Source of the DNA: Eledone cirrhosa
Lineage: Eukaryota
Assembly (NCBI GenBank): GCA_964016885.1
Contig: OZ024742.1
Coordinates: forward strand, 334,862,001-334,926,000
Direction: 5' to 3'
DNA: 64,000 bases
Shown: one piece after another, positions 28,605-41,737 of the stretch
How the letters are laid out: each line of letters starts with the position of its first letter
Numbering within the stretch: the stretch's first letter is position 1
Notes under the pieces: model-generated
Told to the model about the DNA's origin: nothing
Database searches by the model: none
Seen by the model: only the letters and a program-made list of their open reading frames with translations
Made by a program: the position numbers and the translations under genes

Positions 28605-28815
28605 TATGGTGTGATAAAACCCAGCTAGACCATAACCCACCAGAGTCCTCGATTATTGGGGTAGTAGGGTCAGTAATATGAAAAAATTCAGCACCCCGAC
28701 GGCTGAGCCCCAGCCGTTTCGAAAGCTAGATCCGAACTCATTTACATGCTCACCAGTTCGGATCTAGCTGTCGAAACGGCTGGGGCTCACCCGTCATAGT
28801 CCTGGATCTTTTCAT
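28600..28815. mobile_element. GAAAC-hairpin-GTC family repeat with fold-back end
   Basis: gacggctgagccccagccgtttcgaaagctagatccgaact ... agttcggatctagctgtcgaaacggctggggctcacccgtc. Confidence 0.75.
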
Positions 28816-29332
28816 AAATATATATATTTGATTTCGATCCACTGAATAGGGTGACGTCACAAAACCCTGCAACTCAATGGCAGCCATTGATGTTGACCTG
28901 TCCTTCTTTTTGCATATGTGTTGCTCTTGTTCAGAAAGTTTCCAGTGCAAGGTCTTTTACGCATAAAAGCGTTATATGCACTGGCGTCATATGATTTAAA
29001 CATGTTTTACGTGTGTTGCTGAAATGGATGGTCGTATCCGAAAAAAGTTTTTTCTTTCGATGCTAAAAAATCGCGTTCGTACCACTATGTGTGAGAAAAG
29101 ACTTGAAAACCGAGTAAAATACATATATTTGTTATATTTACATGGCTATATATTTAAAAACTCTAAATGTATATACATTTATAGACACATGTATGCAGCC
29201 ATAGCTATTTCTTTTTCTTTACTGTATATACGGATTTAACTTTGCCAAATAATATATATATATATATATGCCTACATACTTACATACATACACACACACA
29301 CACAAACACACAAACAGACACACACACACACC

Positions 29333-29420
<88 letters not shown>

Positions 29421-29431
29421 TATATATTATA

Positions 29432-29466
<35 letters not shown>

Positions 29467-29479
29467 AATATATATAAAT

Positions 29480-29510
<31 letters not shown>

Positions 29511-29512
29511 GA

Positions 29513-29565
<53 letters not shown>

Positions 29566-30057
29566 TGTCCTCGTGTTGCATGCCGTACTGCATAAGTGCT
29601 TACACACTCACACGCATATCTGTGTGTCTGTGCTTATATGTGCATATTGATATGATTGTGTGTGTGTGTTTGTGGGCGTGTGTGTGCGTGTCGCTGTGTA
29701 TGTCTGTGTGTGTGTGTATGTGTGGTGTGATCGATACAATTATAGTTTTCACTCGTGTGATTAAGCGGTGTCTTTTATAGAGGTTAACGTCATACTAATG
29801 CGTGAGGAGTGGTTGGGGTGGTGGGGAGGATAAGAAGGTGAGGTTGTGTGATAGAGTAATATATTGAAGGCGAGTGACAGAGAGAGAATTAGAGAGAGAG
29901 TGGGTATAGTGGCGTGATGGAGTAAGGGCATACATGATAGTGTAACAAATTGATGATGTTAAGCAAAAGGTGAGGGTGAGAGCAGAAAGGGAAGAAAGAG
30001 GTTGATGACAGGGAGGAAGGGTCGGCGTGAGTATAGTGTGAATCGTACGGTGGAGAT

Positions 30058-30116
<59 letters not shown>

Positions 30117-30212
30117 AGAGAGAGACAGAAGAGGGGAAACAGAGATATCAAGATGGTTAGACAGATAGTGGGAAAGACAGAGAAATAGAGAGAGAGAGAA
30201 AGAGAGATAGAA

Positions 30213-30243
<31 letters not shown>

Positions 30244-30487
30244 GATAGATAGATTTCTTTATTAGCCACAAGGGCGCAACAAGAAAGGGGACAATACAAA
30301 GACATGCCGGGGATTTTACATACAGTCGTGTAAAAAATATAAAAACAAACAATTTCAACAATCGAAATCCCCAATAGGGGGCAGGCGCCACAAATGGGTT
30401 GTTTAATACCCCGTCGATAGAACAACCCTCAACTCGAGGAGCGTGTTGTGCAAGTGCTCCTTTCTTCCTTTTGCTCTCTTCCTCAAC

Positions 30488-33400
30488 CTACAGGCTTATA
30501 AACAGAGAAGGCCCAATCACTCGGGCCATTTTCGCTTCATTCACCCACCTTTCAGTAAATTTACTGGGGTGCAGTGCCTCTCTCTCCACCCTGATTCTCC
30601 TTCTAAAGTGATACTTAAAGAAGGGAATCAATTGTTGTCCGGAGAGAAAGGCATCTGTCCTCAGTCCTCTCAACCTCGTCCACCATATAACTTCTTTCAC
30701 CATAGCCACCGTACAGAGGAAAACCGCCTCTCTTTCGTTTTTGAAAGAGTCTGGCGGTTTGATCCTTACTATGAACTCGGCAGTCAACTGTATTTGTCCC
30801 ATACGCGACAGCAGTTGTTCTGCATAGTTCCACAGGTCGCTTACGCCCGGGCAGTGTACAATTGCGTGCAGAACTGTTTTAATGTCCTGCGCACATCTTG
30901 GACACGTCCTCTTGGAAGGATCCCTGCCAGGGCGTCCGTGCCTGTAGATCTTGTCACGAACCGGTAGAGCTCCTCAGTAGCACTGCCAGGCAAGGGACCT
31001 CTGGAAGTTGTCCATAGGTCCCGGGCGGAAAGTCCTACCAAACATACTGGTGAGCTCATCGTCTTCGACGCCCAGAGTCTCTCCGAGCACGTCGTCGCCC
31101 TTGTAACGTACAATCCCTCTATAGAATGTCGAAGTGGAGTCTCCACTGATTGCTGCGCCCGCTTGCCAGAGGACTGTGAGCGCCTGAGCGCATTCAATGT
31201 GCCAGGCGCCCATCGTTTTCGGTCTTTTCTTCACCCAGGACTGCAGCTCCGTTAGCGAGACGAGCTGTGGGAAAGCCTGTCTCACAAACGGTGCACACAC
31301 CGGTTGGGGGTCGGTGACGAATACCTGGAGATGCCGCAGCCTCAGCGCATGTTTGCGCATCATCAGCCACGGCATTCCCAGCCCTCCGTTGGAAGGGTGC
31401 TGACAGCAGACGGATCTCCTCACCAGCGGAGCCTGCTTCTTCCACAGAAACTGGAAGAGCATGCGTTCCATCTTGGCGAGGTGTTCACGGGGACAAGGCA
31501 CGACAGTCAAGCGGTAGTAGATGACGGACGCTATGAAAGTGTTCGCCACCTCCGCTCGACCTTTCAAGGACAGTTTGCACTCTGCCCATTTCTGAGTGAG
31601 TGCAAACACCTTGGCCGTGACCTCGTTCCAGTTTTTCTCCACCTGGAGGTCTGGACCGAACCAGACCCCGAGCAATTTCACCGGTCCGGCCGTCCAGCGT
31701 CCAACGACGCTGTCGGATGTCATCGGTTTGCCTCTCCACGTACCGAGTTGCAAACCGACAGACTTGTCTGGGTTTAGTTTTGCTCCCGTCAGCGTTTCGT
31801 ATTCTTTCAGTATGTTGCCGATCACCCCGATTTCCGAGGTGCTCGACACCATTACTGTCACGTCGTCGGCATAAGCCGACGCCGCTTTGCGCAGTCCCGG
31901 TTCTAGGGGGATGCCCTTCAACAGCTCCAATTTCCGCAGTAGTGGCTCTAGAGTCAATACATACAGAATGGAGGAGAGAGGGCATCTCTGTCGAATGGAA
32001 CGCGTGATTGCGAACGGCTCCGATAGGTAGCCGTTCACCTTGACCCTCGAGCAGATGCTGGTGTGCATCGCCTCGATCCATCCTCTGAACACGGGACCGA
32101 AACCGGCCGCCTTGAGAACCGCTTCCAAGTATCGATGGTCGACCCTATCGAATGCCTTAGACTGATCCAAGTTGATCAGAGCCCCACCGAAGCCGGGTTT
32201 ACTACCCACCCTCTCTATGATGTATCGCATGAGGTAGAGGTTGTCGTGTATGGACCGGGTCGGGATTGCACACGTTTGCGCTTTCCCTACCAGGTTCTCG
32301 ACGACAAGCGCCAACCTCGTCGCTAGCACCTTGGCCAAAATCTTTAACTCTGTGTTGAGCAGAGTTATGGGCCTGAAGTTGTTAATTTCGTCCCCCTTGT
32401 TCTCGTCTTTCCTGATCAGCGTTACTACGCCCTTGCCTGCAGAACTGGGAATTCTCCCGTTCTGCTGCCAATTGCAGTAGACGGCTTCGAGGACGCCAGA
32501 GAACAAGTCCGGCATGCCTATGTAAAATTCGTAGGGTAGACCATCTAGACCGGGTGACTTGCGTTTCCCGCAGCGGCCCAGAGCGTCCCGTATCTCAGTG
32601 TCCGTGATCGGTCTTTCGCAGAACTCGGCGTCCGTGTTCGAGAGACGCGGCAGGCCGTCGAGGTATGAACTAAAGTCCATTGCCCCGTTCGGCTCACCGT
32701 CGTTCTGCTCAAACAGTCGCGCAAAGTGCCGCTGAAAGGCCGCGCACATTTGCTTGGGGTCAAGTAGCACGCGTCCGTTTTGGTCTTTCAAAGACCGAAT
32801 CGTGGACTTGTTGCCACTTTTTGCCTCCGCCACTCGGGCCCAGCTGACAGCTTTCGCTCCTTCGTTTCCTAGAGCACGTGTTTTGCTTCTGACCACGCAG
32901 CCTTCGTGTTTCGCATCGAAGAACTGGTCCAGTGCCGTTCTCGACGCTAACACTCTAGCCGCGTTGCCACTTCTAAGTGCCTCCTCTACCTTGGCTACTA
33001 GTTCTCTTTCTATTCTGTTTTTCTCTAAGGCTAACTCTCTGCTATACCCTATCGATTCTATTCTAATTGCTTTCTTGAGAGAGTACCACCATCTATTGTT
33101 GACGATGGCTTCCGTTAACTGTTGCTTGACTAGTTTACTTATCCGTTCACTGTAAGCTTTACGTGCCGGCAACGACACGTTCAGCTTCCAGTATCCGGGA
33201 CCCTGTCTATGTATTCTATCACGGTTGACTAAGCAGACGACTAACTTGTGATCTGAATAGGCAACCATGTGCATTCGTGGACAGCTTAACATATCCTTGT
33301 CCCTTTCTCTAATGAAGAACCTATCTAAATACGATCTAGATGTCCCACTGCGGTTTACCCACGTCCACTGTGGTGCAGTCGGGAAATCCAGTCGATACCT

Positions 33401-33934
33401 ATCGGCCAGTTGGAATTGGCCGATTAAAGTTTTGAGGCTGTTGCACCCCGCTCTACTGGGACATGCTCCCACATAGTCCCATCGTGCATCTAGGATACCA
33501 TTCCAGTCCCCCACTAAAAGTAAGGAGCGAGACGTTCCCAGAAAAGACTCTAGATGCTTAAAGAAGTCTGGCCGTGATTGCGATTGCCCGGTCGGGGCAT
33601 AAACGGCCACCAGTCTGAAGGCTCCACCTCCGATACTGTTCACGTCTAGGACTACCAGTCTACCCTCCGGGTCCAAGTGTACTTGCTGTACTCCGACGTC
33701 CAGGTTCTTCCGAAACATAACAGCCACTCCACCTCCACCTCCTGGCTGACAGAGAGATGCGTAGATCTCAAAGTCGTCGAAGATGGGGGTTAGTTGCTGC
33801 CTGTTGTGGATTCTGGACTCGGTGATGGCTATCACATCCATACTGTGTGACCTAAGGTCGTTTAAAAGTTGGCCCTGTTTCCAGGGCATCCCTAGGCCAC
33901 GCACATTCACGGTTCCAACTCGTAAACCAGCCAT
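30488..33934 (-). pseudogene. Tx1 ORF2 (AP endonuclease, reverse transcriptase, C-terminal zinc finger); open for 986 aa (33934-30974), then a nonsense codon and frameshift
   Basis: NVRGL, GDWN, YLDRF, SDHK, GYWKLN, KSPGLDGLP, FRPITLLN, DQSKAFDRV, RQRCPLS, YADD; TGA where copy 2 has an Arg codon. Confidence 0.93.
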
Positions 33935-33975
33935 GTTGGTGAAGAAAAGTTGGAGAAAAAGGACGAAAGGTGCAC

Positions 33976-35851
33976 TTACCTTTTCGTTTGCTGGAGATCG
34001 GGTTGTTCAATCTCCATTTGGGTGCTGGATGGGGTGTTGGGTGGGGCGGGGAAACCTTTCAACAGGACGCGGTTGATGGGTTTGTGGCAGGGGTTGCCCA
34101 CGTCCTGTGAAAATTTAATTTTCAGGTCTTTATAGGTTTCCATAGAAACCCTTATAAGTTTAAGGTGTGGAGACGATTCTGCCTTGACGAAAGTTTTGCC
34201 CTCCGTCTCCACCTTGGGGTTTGGGGAGATGACCTCCATCAAACTCTTGTTGTTTGTGTTGATGTATGCGTATTGTTGTTTGTGTTTTTGTTGTATTGTT
34301 TTAGTTTGTTGTTCATCCGGGAGTTTTCTTTTTATGGTGGGTGCTTGTGTTTGGGGTGGTGTTGGTGCTGGTTTTGCTGATAGGGGATGTTTGACTGTGG
34401 TGTTGTTTGTGTTGTTGTTTGTGTGTGTGGTTGTGTGTTGGTGTTGGTGATTGGAGTTTTGGGGGTTTTGTGGTGTCTCTTTTTTTGTTTTTTGGATTTC
34501 CGCGGTTCTCCCTCTTCTTCACTTAAAGAAGGAGAAGCAGCTTCATCCGTCGATGAATAATCATCGTCAGGTGTGTGGGGTAAGGGTATGTTGTGTGGTG
34601 GTGGTGGTGTTTCGGTATGTGTGTTTGTGGTAGTGTTTGATGGAGTGGGATGGAGTGGGGATGCGTTCTTCAGGGGTGTTGTCTCTGTTTTTTCTGTTGT
34701 TGTTGGTTGAGTGTCTGTTTGTTTTGGTGTGGTTGCTCGTTTCGTCTGTCGTTGTACTTGTGGTGGTGGTGGTGGTTGTTTTGGTGTTGGTGTTGGTAAT
34801 AGCGTTTTTTTATGATGTTGCTGTTGTGTGTTTGTGGACAAGAGGCTTTTAGGTGAGATGTGCTACCACAGCGAAAGCAGTGAAATTTTCTTCCTTCTAC
34901 CGAAATGTTTATTTTGTTTTTATTATCAATAACGACTCTTTCGGGTATTTTGGAGATTCTCTCCGGTTTCATTTGCAACAGAATCTCCAAATCGGTGCCC
35001 GCCCACCTTTGTCGAATGGATTTTCGTATCGAAAGTATTATGTCTGTTTCTGGCTCTACGAAGCCAGCCAAGATCCACCAGATGTTAATGCTTGGAGGTA
35101 TGTTTTTTATTTTTATTTTTTGTGTCCTTTTCCCCATGTATGTAGGGAAAAAGGTGTATGCTTTTGACACTATTGGTGTCACAGAGTTTTTTTGGGCCAG
35201 TGCCTCGCTTTTAAACAGTACGGAAACACTTCTGTACTGTTTTCCTCGCTGGAGAAAATCGACATTTCCTAGAATCTCCTTGAAAGAATCTTCTATATCT
35301 GACTGATTAACAAATGTCGGTTTTCTTGACGAATTTGACACAGTCCTAAAAGTGACTGATCGGCGGTTTGTGTCTTCCTTTATTTCAAGGGGTGAGTTAA
35401 TTCTAAACCCACCTCTTTCTTCGAAAGTTACAAATTTTCTCCCTTGCTGGAGCATATCTCTTGCGTTGGAGATATCAAGATTTATAAAATCTTGTTTCTT
35501 GTTGACTGTGTCAGCGAAAGACATTTTCTTTTTTTGTGTGATGTTGTTGTTAATAATGATGTTATCGTTGTTGGAAATTTTATGTGTAGATGTATCTGTA
35601 GAGTTGTTGATGTCTTTTTCATGTGTATGTATATCAATGGGTTTTTTTGCCGTGTTTTCCCGTGTGTTATTGTCATTTTTCTCCGCTTCGGCGGTAGAAA
35701 TTGTAACATTTTCAAATGTTGATATATTTTTTTCTTTTGTGACAGTATCTATGGCAACGTCCATAGCAGCAGAAGCAGATATAACGTTAATATCTGCCTC
35801 TTTCTCTCTCTTTTCTCTATTAACGTTCTCCAGCGTTCTAGTGTTGCTCAA
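33976..35851 (-). pseudogene. Tx1 ORF1 (nucleic-acid-binding protein with CCHC knuckle), frameshifted
   Basis: CFRCGSTSHLKASC in ORF 35851-34670; continues in 34841-34332 and 34242-33976, the latter homologous to copy 2 ORF 40044-39499. Confidence 0.85.
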
Positions 35852-36067
35852 GTTTTTTTACTTTGTAAAATTTGATATTTTAAAACAAACTTTTAAATAA
35901 AATTTTCGCCCCTACAGGGGCGAAAAATGGGATTACCACCCAGCTGACAATTCAGCTTGGGGGTTAATCTACAAAGTGTTGTATTTTTTTCAAACAATTA
36001 GATCGGTTTTTTGCATAGAAATTAACAAAAAACTTACCGGCGATATTCCACACGTTAGACAGAAAGA

Positions 36068-36068
36068 G

Positions 36069-36152
<84 letters not shown>
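36068..36152. repeat. (GATA)n tract between Tx1 copies (also 30213-30253, 40397-40466, 40910-40975, 57393-57416)
   Basis: Direct observation. Confidence 0.95.
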
Positions 36153-36153
<1 letters not shown>

Positions 36154-36155
36154 TG

Positions 36156-39100
36156 TTTCTTTATTAGCCACAGGGGCACAAAAGAAGGGGACAAATACAA
36201 AAGGGGAAGTTTACATACAATAAAAACGTGTAAAATATTATCACAAATACAATTTAAAAATTAGTCGATTTTCCCCAATAAGGGGAGACATTACATATGG
36301 GTAACACATACCCCCGAAAAAAATGTGCAACCCTCATCTCCAGGAGTACAAAGAGTTTGTACTCCTTTCCTCTCCTCCTCTTTTTCCTCAACCTACAGGC
36401 TGATATAGAGAAAAGGCCCATTCACTCGGGCCATTCTCGCCACTTTCACCCACCTTTCATAAAACTTGATGGGGTACAGCACCTCTCTCTCCATCCTGAT
36501 TCTTCTTCCAATGTGGTATTTGAAAAAAAGAATCAGTTGTTGGCCGGAGAGAAAGGTGTCTGATCTCAGCCCTTTCAACCTTGTCCACCATACAACCTCT
36601 TTCGCCATAACTATTACACAAAGGAAAACCGCCTCTCCTTCGTTTTTGAAGAAGGGTGGCGGTTTGATCATGACAATGGACTCGGTGGTCAACCGGATTG
36701 GTCCAACCCGCGACAATAGTCGTTCTACATAGCCCCACAGGTCGGCGACGCCCGGGCAGTGTATGAATGCGTGCGCGACGGTTTCTTCGTCTTGCATACA
36801 CCTCGGACAGATCTTTTTTGCAGGGTCCCTGCCCGGGCGCCCATGTCTGTAGAGCTTGTCTCGAACTGGTGGACCTCCTCGGTGGCACTGCCAGGCCAGA
36901 GACTTTTGGAAGTTGTCCACCGGTCCCGGGCGGAAGGTCCTACCGAACAGACTGGCCAGTTCGCCTTCCTCTACGCCTAGAGTTTCACCGAGCGTGTCGT
37001 TGCACTTGCTGCGGACCAACCCTCTATAGAATGTCGAAGTGGAGTCTCCACTGATCGCCGGTCCGTTTGCCAGAGGACTGTGATCGCCTGAGCACATTCA
37101 ATGTGCCAGTCACCCATTTTCCTCGGTCTTTGCTTGACCCAGGACTGCAGCTCGGTCAGTGACACGAGTCGTGGGAAGGTTCGCCTCACGAACGGGGCCC
37201 ACACCGGTTGTCCGGTGAGGAATACGTAGAGATGCCGCAGCCTGAGCGCGTGTTTGCGCATCGTCAGCCACGGCAACCCCAGCCCTCCGTTGGAAGGGTG
37301 TTGGCAGCAGATGGATCTTCTCACCAAAGGAGCCCGCCTCTTCCAAAGGAATTGGAAGAGCACGCGCCCCATTTTGCCGAGCGTTTTGGCTGGACAAGGC
37401 ACTACGGTCAAACGGTAGTAGATGGCGGACGCTATAAAAGTGTTCTCCACATCCGCTCGACCTTTCAAGGATAGTTTGCACTCGGCCCACTTCTGGGTGA
37501 GTGCAAACACCTTGGCCGACACCTCGTTCCAGTTTTTCTCCACCTGGAGGTCCGGACTAAACCAGACCCCAAGTAGCTTTACCGGTCCTTTCGTCCAGCG
37601 TCCGACGACGCCATCGAAAGGCATCGGTCTGCCTCTCCACGATTGCAAACTGATGGACTTGTCCCGGTTCAGCTTCGGCCCTGTGAACCTTTCGTATTCC
37701 TTCAGTAAGGTGCTGACTTACGCGATTTGCGAGGCGCTCGACACCATTACTGTCACGTCGTCGGCGTAGGCCAACGCCGCTTTCCGCAATGCCGGTTCCA
37801 GAGGGATGCCCTGCAATAGCTCCAACTTCCGCAGTAGTGGCTCGAGAGTCAGTACGTACAGAAGGGAGGAGAGAGGGCATCCCTGTGGATCGCGTGATAT
37901 GGAACGGCTCCGCGAGGTTGCCGTTCACCTTGACCCTTGAGCAGATGTTGCTGTTGTGCATGCAGCAATCCAGCCCCTGAACACGGGTCCGAAGCCTGCC
38001 GCCTCGAGCACCGCATCCAGGTAACGATGGTCAACCCTAGCGAAAGCCTTAGACTGATCCAAGTTGATCAGTGCCCCACCGAAGCCGGATTTACACCCTA
38101 TCCTCTCTATGATGATATCACATGAGGCGGAGGTTGTCGTGTATGGACCTGGTCGGGATTGCGCATGTCTGCGCTTCTCCCACCAGGTTCTCGACGACAA
38201 GCGCCAGCCTCTTTGCCAACACCTTGGCCAAAATCTGTAACTCTGTGTTTAGCAGAGTTATGGGCCGGAAGTTTCCTATGTCATCGCCCTTGATCTCGTC
38301 CTTCCTGATTACGCCCTTGGTCACAGAACTGGGAATTCTTCCATTCTGCTCTCAGTTGCAGTAGACCGCCTCCAGGAGACCGGAGAATAAGTCCGGCATT
38401 GCTACGTAAAATTCGTAGGGTAGACCGTCGAGACCTGGAGATTTGCGTTTGCCGCATTGGCCCAACGCGTCCCCTATCTCAGCGGCTGTGATCGGCGTTT
38501 CACAGAACTTTGCCTCGCCGTCCGAGAGTCGCGGTAGGCCGTCGAGGTATGAACCGAAATCCATAGCCCCTCCCGGCGCGCCGCCCTGCGCGAACAGTTG
38601 AGCAATGTGCCGCTGAAAGGCCGCACACATCTGCTTCGGCTCACGTATCACGCGTCCGTTTTGATCCATCAAAGACCGAATCGTGGACTTGTTGCCACTT
38701 CTTGCCTCCATCACTCGGGCCCAGCAAACAGCTTTGGTTCCCTCGTTTCCCAGAGCCCGTATTTTGCTTCTGACAACGCAACCTTCATGCTTTGCGTCGA
38801 AGAACTGGTCCAAGGCCGTTCTCGTTGCTAGCACGCTGGCTACGTTGCCACTTCTAATTGCATCTTCTACTTTATCTACCAGTTCCTTCTCGGTTCTATT
38901 TCTATCTAATGCTAATTCTTTACTAAAAACTAACGAGTCTAATCTAACTGCCCTCTTGAGAGAGTACCACCATCTGTCATTGACAATGGCCCCTGTGAAG
39001 TACCGTTTAACTAAAGTGCTAATCCGTCTACTGTAGGCTTTGCATGTCGGTAACGACAAATTCAGCTTCCTGTAGCCGTGTCCTTCTCTATGGGTTCTAT

Positions 39101-40243
39101 CCAGGTTGACCATGCAGGTCACTAGTTTGTGATCTGAATAGGCAACCATGAACATTTGTGGACAGCTTAACATGTCCCTATCCTTATTTCTAACTAGAAC
39201 CCTATCAGCAAAACGGCAACCTCGCCCCCACCCCCCGGCCGACAGAGAGATGCGTAGATCTCAAAGTCATCAAAGATGGGGGCAGCTGTCGCTCGCTGTC
39301 GATCCTGGACTCGCAAATGGCTACTACATCCATACTGTGCAACCTGAGGTCGTTTAAGAGTTTGCCCTGTTTCCAGGGCATCCCCAGGCCGCGAACATTC
39401 ACACATCCAACTCTTATATTTGCCACGTTGGTTCTGAAAAGTTAAAAGAGAAGAAAACACTCACCTCTTCGTCTCCCGGGGATCAGGCCGCGCGGTTTTC
39501 AAGGGGGTGTTAGAGGGGCTGTCTGGGTGGGAGGTGGTTTCCGGCGAGGTCGGAACGGAGATGTTTGGTGGGGTGGGGGTGTCTGGGGTGGGGGTGTCTG
39601 GGGTGAGGGTGGAGAAACATTTAAAAGGGCGCGGTTAATGGGTTTAACACAATGATTACCCACGTCCTTAGGAAAGTTTTCCTTTAAAGACTTATAGGTG
39701 TCCGTAGGGACCCTAATCATCTTTAAATTAGGTTTGTCTACACAGTTCGAAAAGGTTTTCCCTTCGGTTTTCACCGAAGGGTCGTTGGAGATGACCTCCA
39801 TTAAAGTTTTGTTTTTACTGTTTATGTATGTGTAATGTTCTTGTGTTGCGGTGGTTTTTGTCTGTTCTTGTGGGAGCTTTCGTTTTGTTGTAGGTGTTTG
39901 TGTTTGGAGTGATGTCGTGGTTTTGTTTTCGGGACGGGGGGTTTTTGTTTGTAATGTTTGTGTTGTTTGTGTTGGTGGTTGTATGTTTGTAGTGATGTTT
40001 GTTGTTTTTTTGTTCTTGTAGTGTCTTTTCTTCTTTCTTTTCAAACGGAGAGGCTCTCCCTCATCGTCACTTGGTGATGATGTGGGGGCCTCGTCCGTTG
40101 TGGCGTCTGTGTTATTTGGAAGGGGTATGTTTTGGGGAGCTGTTGTGTTTGTGGGTGTTTTTGCAGTGGTTTTAGGTGGAGTGGGACTGGGTGGGACTGT
40201 GCTTGCAGGTTGGTTTGTTGTTCTTATTTTGGTTGTGTTTGCG

Positions 40244-40291
<48 letters not shown>

Positions 40292-40390
40292 GGTGGTGGT
40301 GGTGGTGGTGGTGGTGGTGGTGGTGGTGGTGTTGGTTGTGTTGTTGTTTTGGGTGTTGGCAGTAGTGCCTCTTTTTTTTTTTAATACGTG
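36156..40390 (-). mobile_element. Tx1-type retrotransposon copy 2, different subfamily, 5'-truncated in ORF1, degenerate ORF2
   Basis: ORF2 fragments 39426-36393 homologous to copy 1, deletion in the APE domain, several frameshifts, intact CPRC...H...C zinc finger. Confidence 0.93.
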
Positions 40391-40408
40391 ATGGCAGATA
40401 GATAGAGC

Positions 40409-40466
<58 letters not shown>

Positions 40467-40467
<1 letters not shown>

Positions 40468-40909
40468 TTCTTTATTAGCCACAGGGGCACAAAAGAAGGG
40501 GACAAATACAAAGGGGGAAGTTTACATACAATAAAAACGTGTAAAATGTTATCACAGATGGAATTTAAAAGTTAGTCGATTTTCCCCAATAGAGGGAGAC
40601 AGTTTATATGGGTAACACAGACCCCCGAAAAAAATGTGCAGCCCTCATCTCCAGGAGTACGAAGAGCTTGTACTCCTTTCCTCTCCTCCTCCTTTTCCTC
40701 AACCTACAGGCTGATATAGAGAGAAGGCCCATTCACTCGGGCCATTCTCGCCACTTTCACCCACCTTTCATAAAACTTGCTGGGGTACAGCACCTCTCTC
40801 TCCATCCTGATTCTTCTTCCAAAGTGGTATTTGAAAAAAAGAATCAGTTGTTGGCCGGAGAGAAAGGTGTCTGACCTCAGCCCTTTCAACCTTGTCCACC
40901 ATACAACCT
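40467..40909 (-). mobile_element. Tx1-type 3' fragment, copy 3 (same subfamily as copy 2)
   Basis: Nearly identical to 36156-36598; (GATA)n on both sides. Confidence 0.93.
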
Positions 40910-40975
<66 letters not shown>

Positions 40976-41250
40976 GGCGAGAGATAGCGAGTGGTTGTGA
41001 GACAGCGAAAGGCGGCGAGAGAGGGAGAGATAAAGAAATGGTTGGAGTATGGAGAGACTATAAAAATGAATGAAAATTGAGACAAGAAGATGAAAGTGGT
41101 GTAGAAGCATGAGTAGAGTGGAAAGATGGATAGTGGGAAGTCATAGTATGGGAGAGGGTGAGTTAGGAAGAGAAGTAGAGAAAGACATAGTGAGAGAAAG
41201 AGAGGAGAGGGATAGGTAGATAGATAGAGAGAGAGTGTGAGAGAGAGAGA

Positions 41251-41300
<50 letters not shown>

Positions 41301-41321
41301 GAGAGAGATGTTTATTGAAAT

Positions 41322-41490
41322 AATGTTTCTACTTTTGGCACAAGGCCAGCAATCACCCTAGTGCATTACTGGTACTTTATTTTATCGACCTCGTACGCAA
41401 AGTTAACCTCGGCGGGATTTGAACTCAGAAGGTAAAGGGTTGTAACTCTATGCTGCAAACATGGTCTCTGAGGCTCTACCTATACTGCAG
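41322..41490 (-). mobile_element. tRNA-derived SINE
   Basis: tgtttctacttttggcacaaggccagcaat...ggcgggatttgaactcag. Confidence 0.85.
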
Positions 41491-41538
41491 ATAGACAGGC
41501 AGAGAAAAAGATAAATAGATAGAGAGATAGATTGATTG

Positions 41539-41570
<32 letters not shown>

Positions 41571-41737
41571 GGGTAGGTAGATAGAGAAAGGGAAGGAGAA
41601 AGAGAGAGATGCTGGGATGGAGAGAGAGAGAGATAAACATATATAGATAGCTAGAGATAGGTAAATAAAGGTGAGAAACAAGATAGAGAGCAATGAGAGT
41701 TTGGAAGAGATTTTGAGAGACAATTAGTGAAAATAAT

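Larger units (their letters stand above)
30254..36062 (-). mobile_element. Near full-length Tx1-type (L1 group) non-LTR retrotransposon, copy 1
   Basis: ORF1 with zinc knuckle, ORF2 with APE and RT domains, 3' end gtggctAATAAAgaaa joined to (TCTA)n; (GATA)n on both flanks. Confidence 0.95.
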
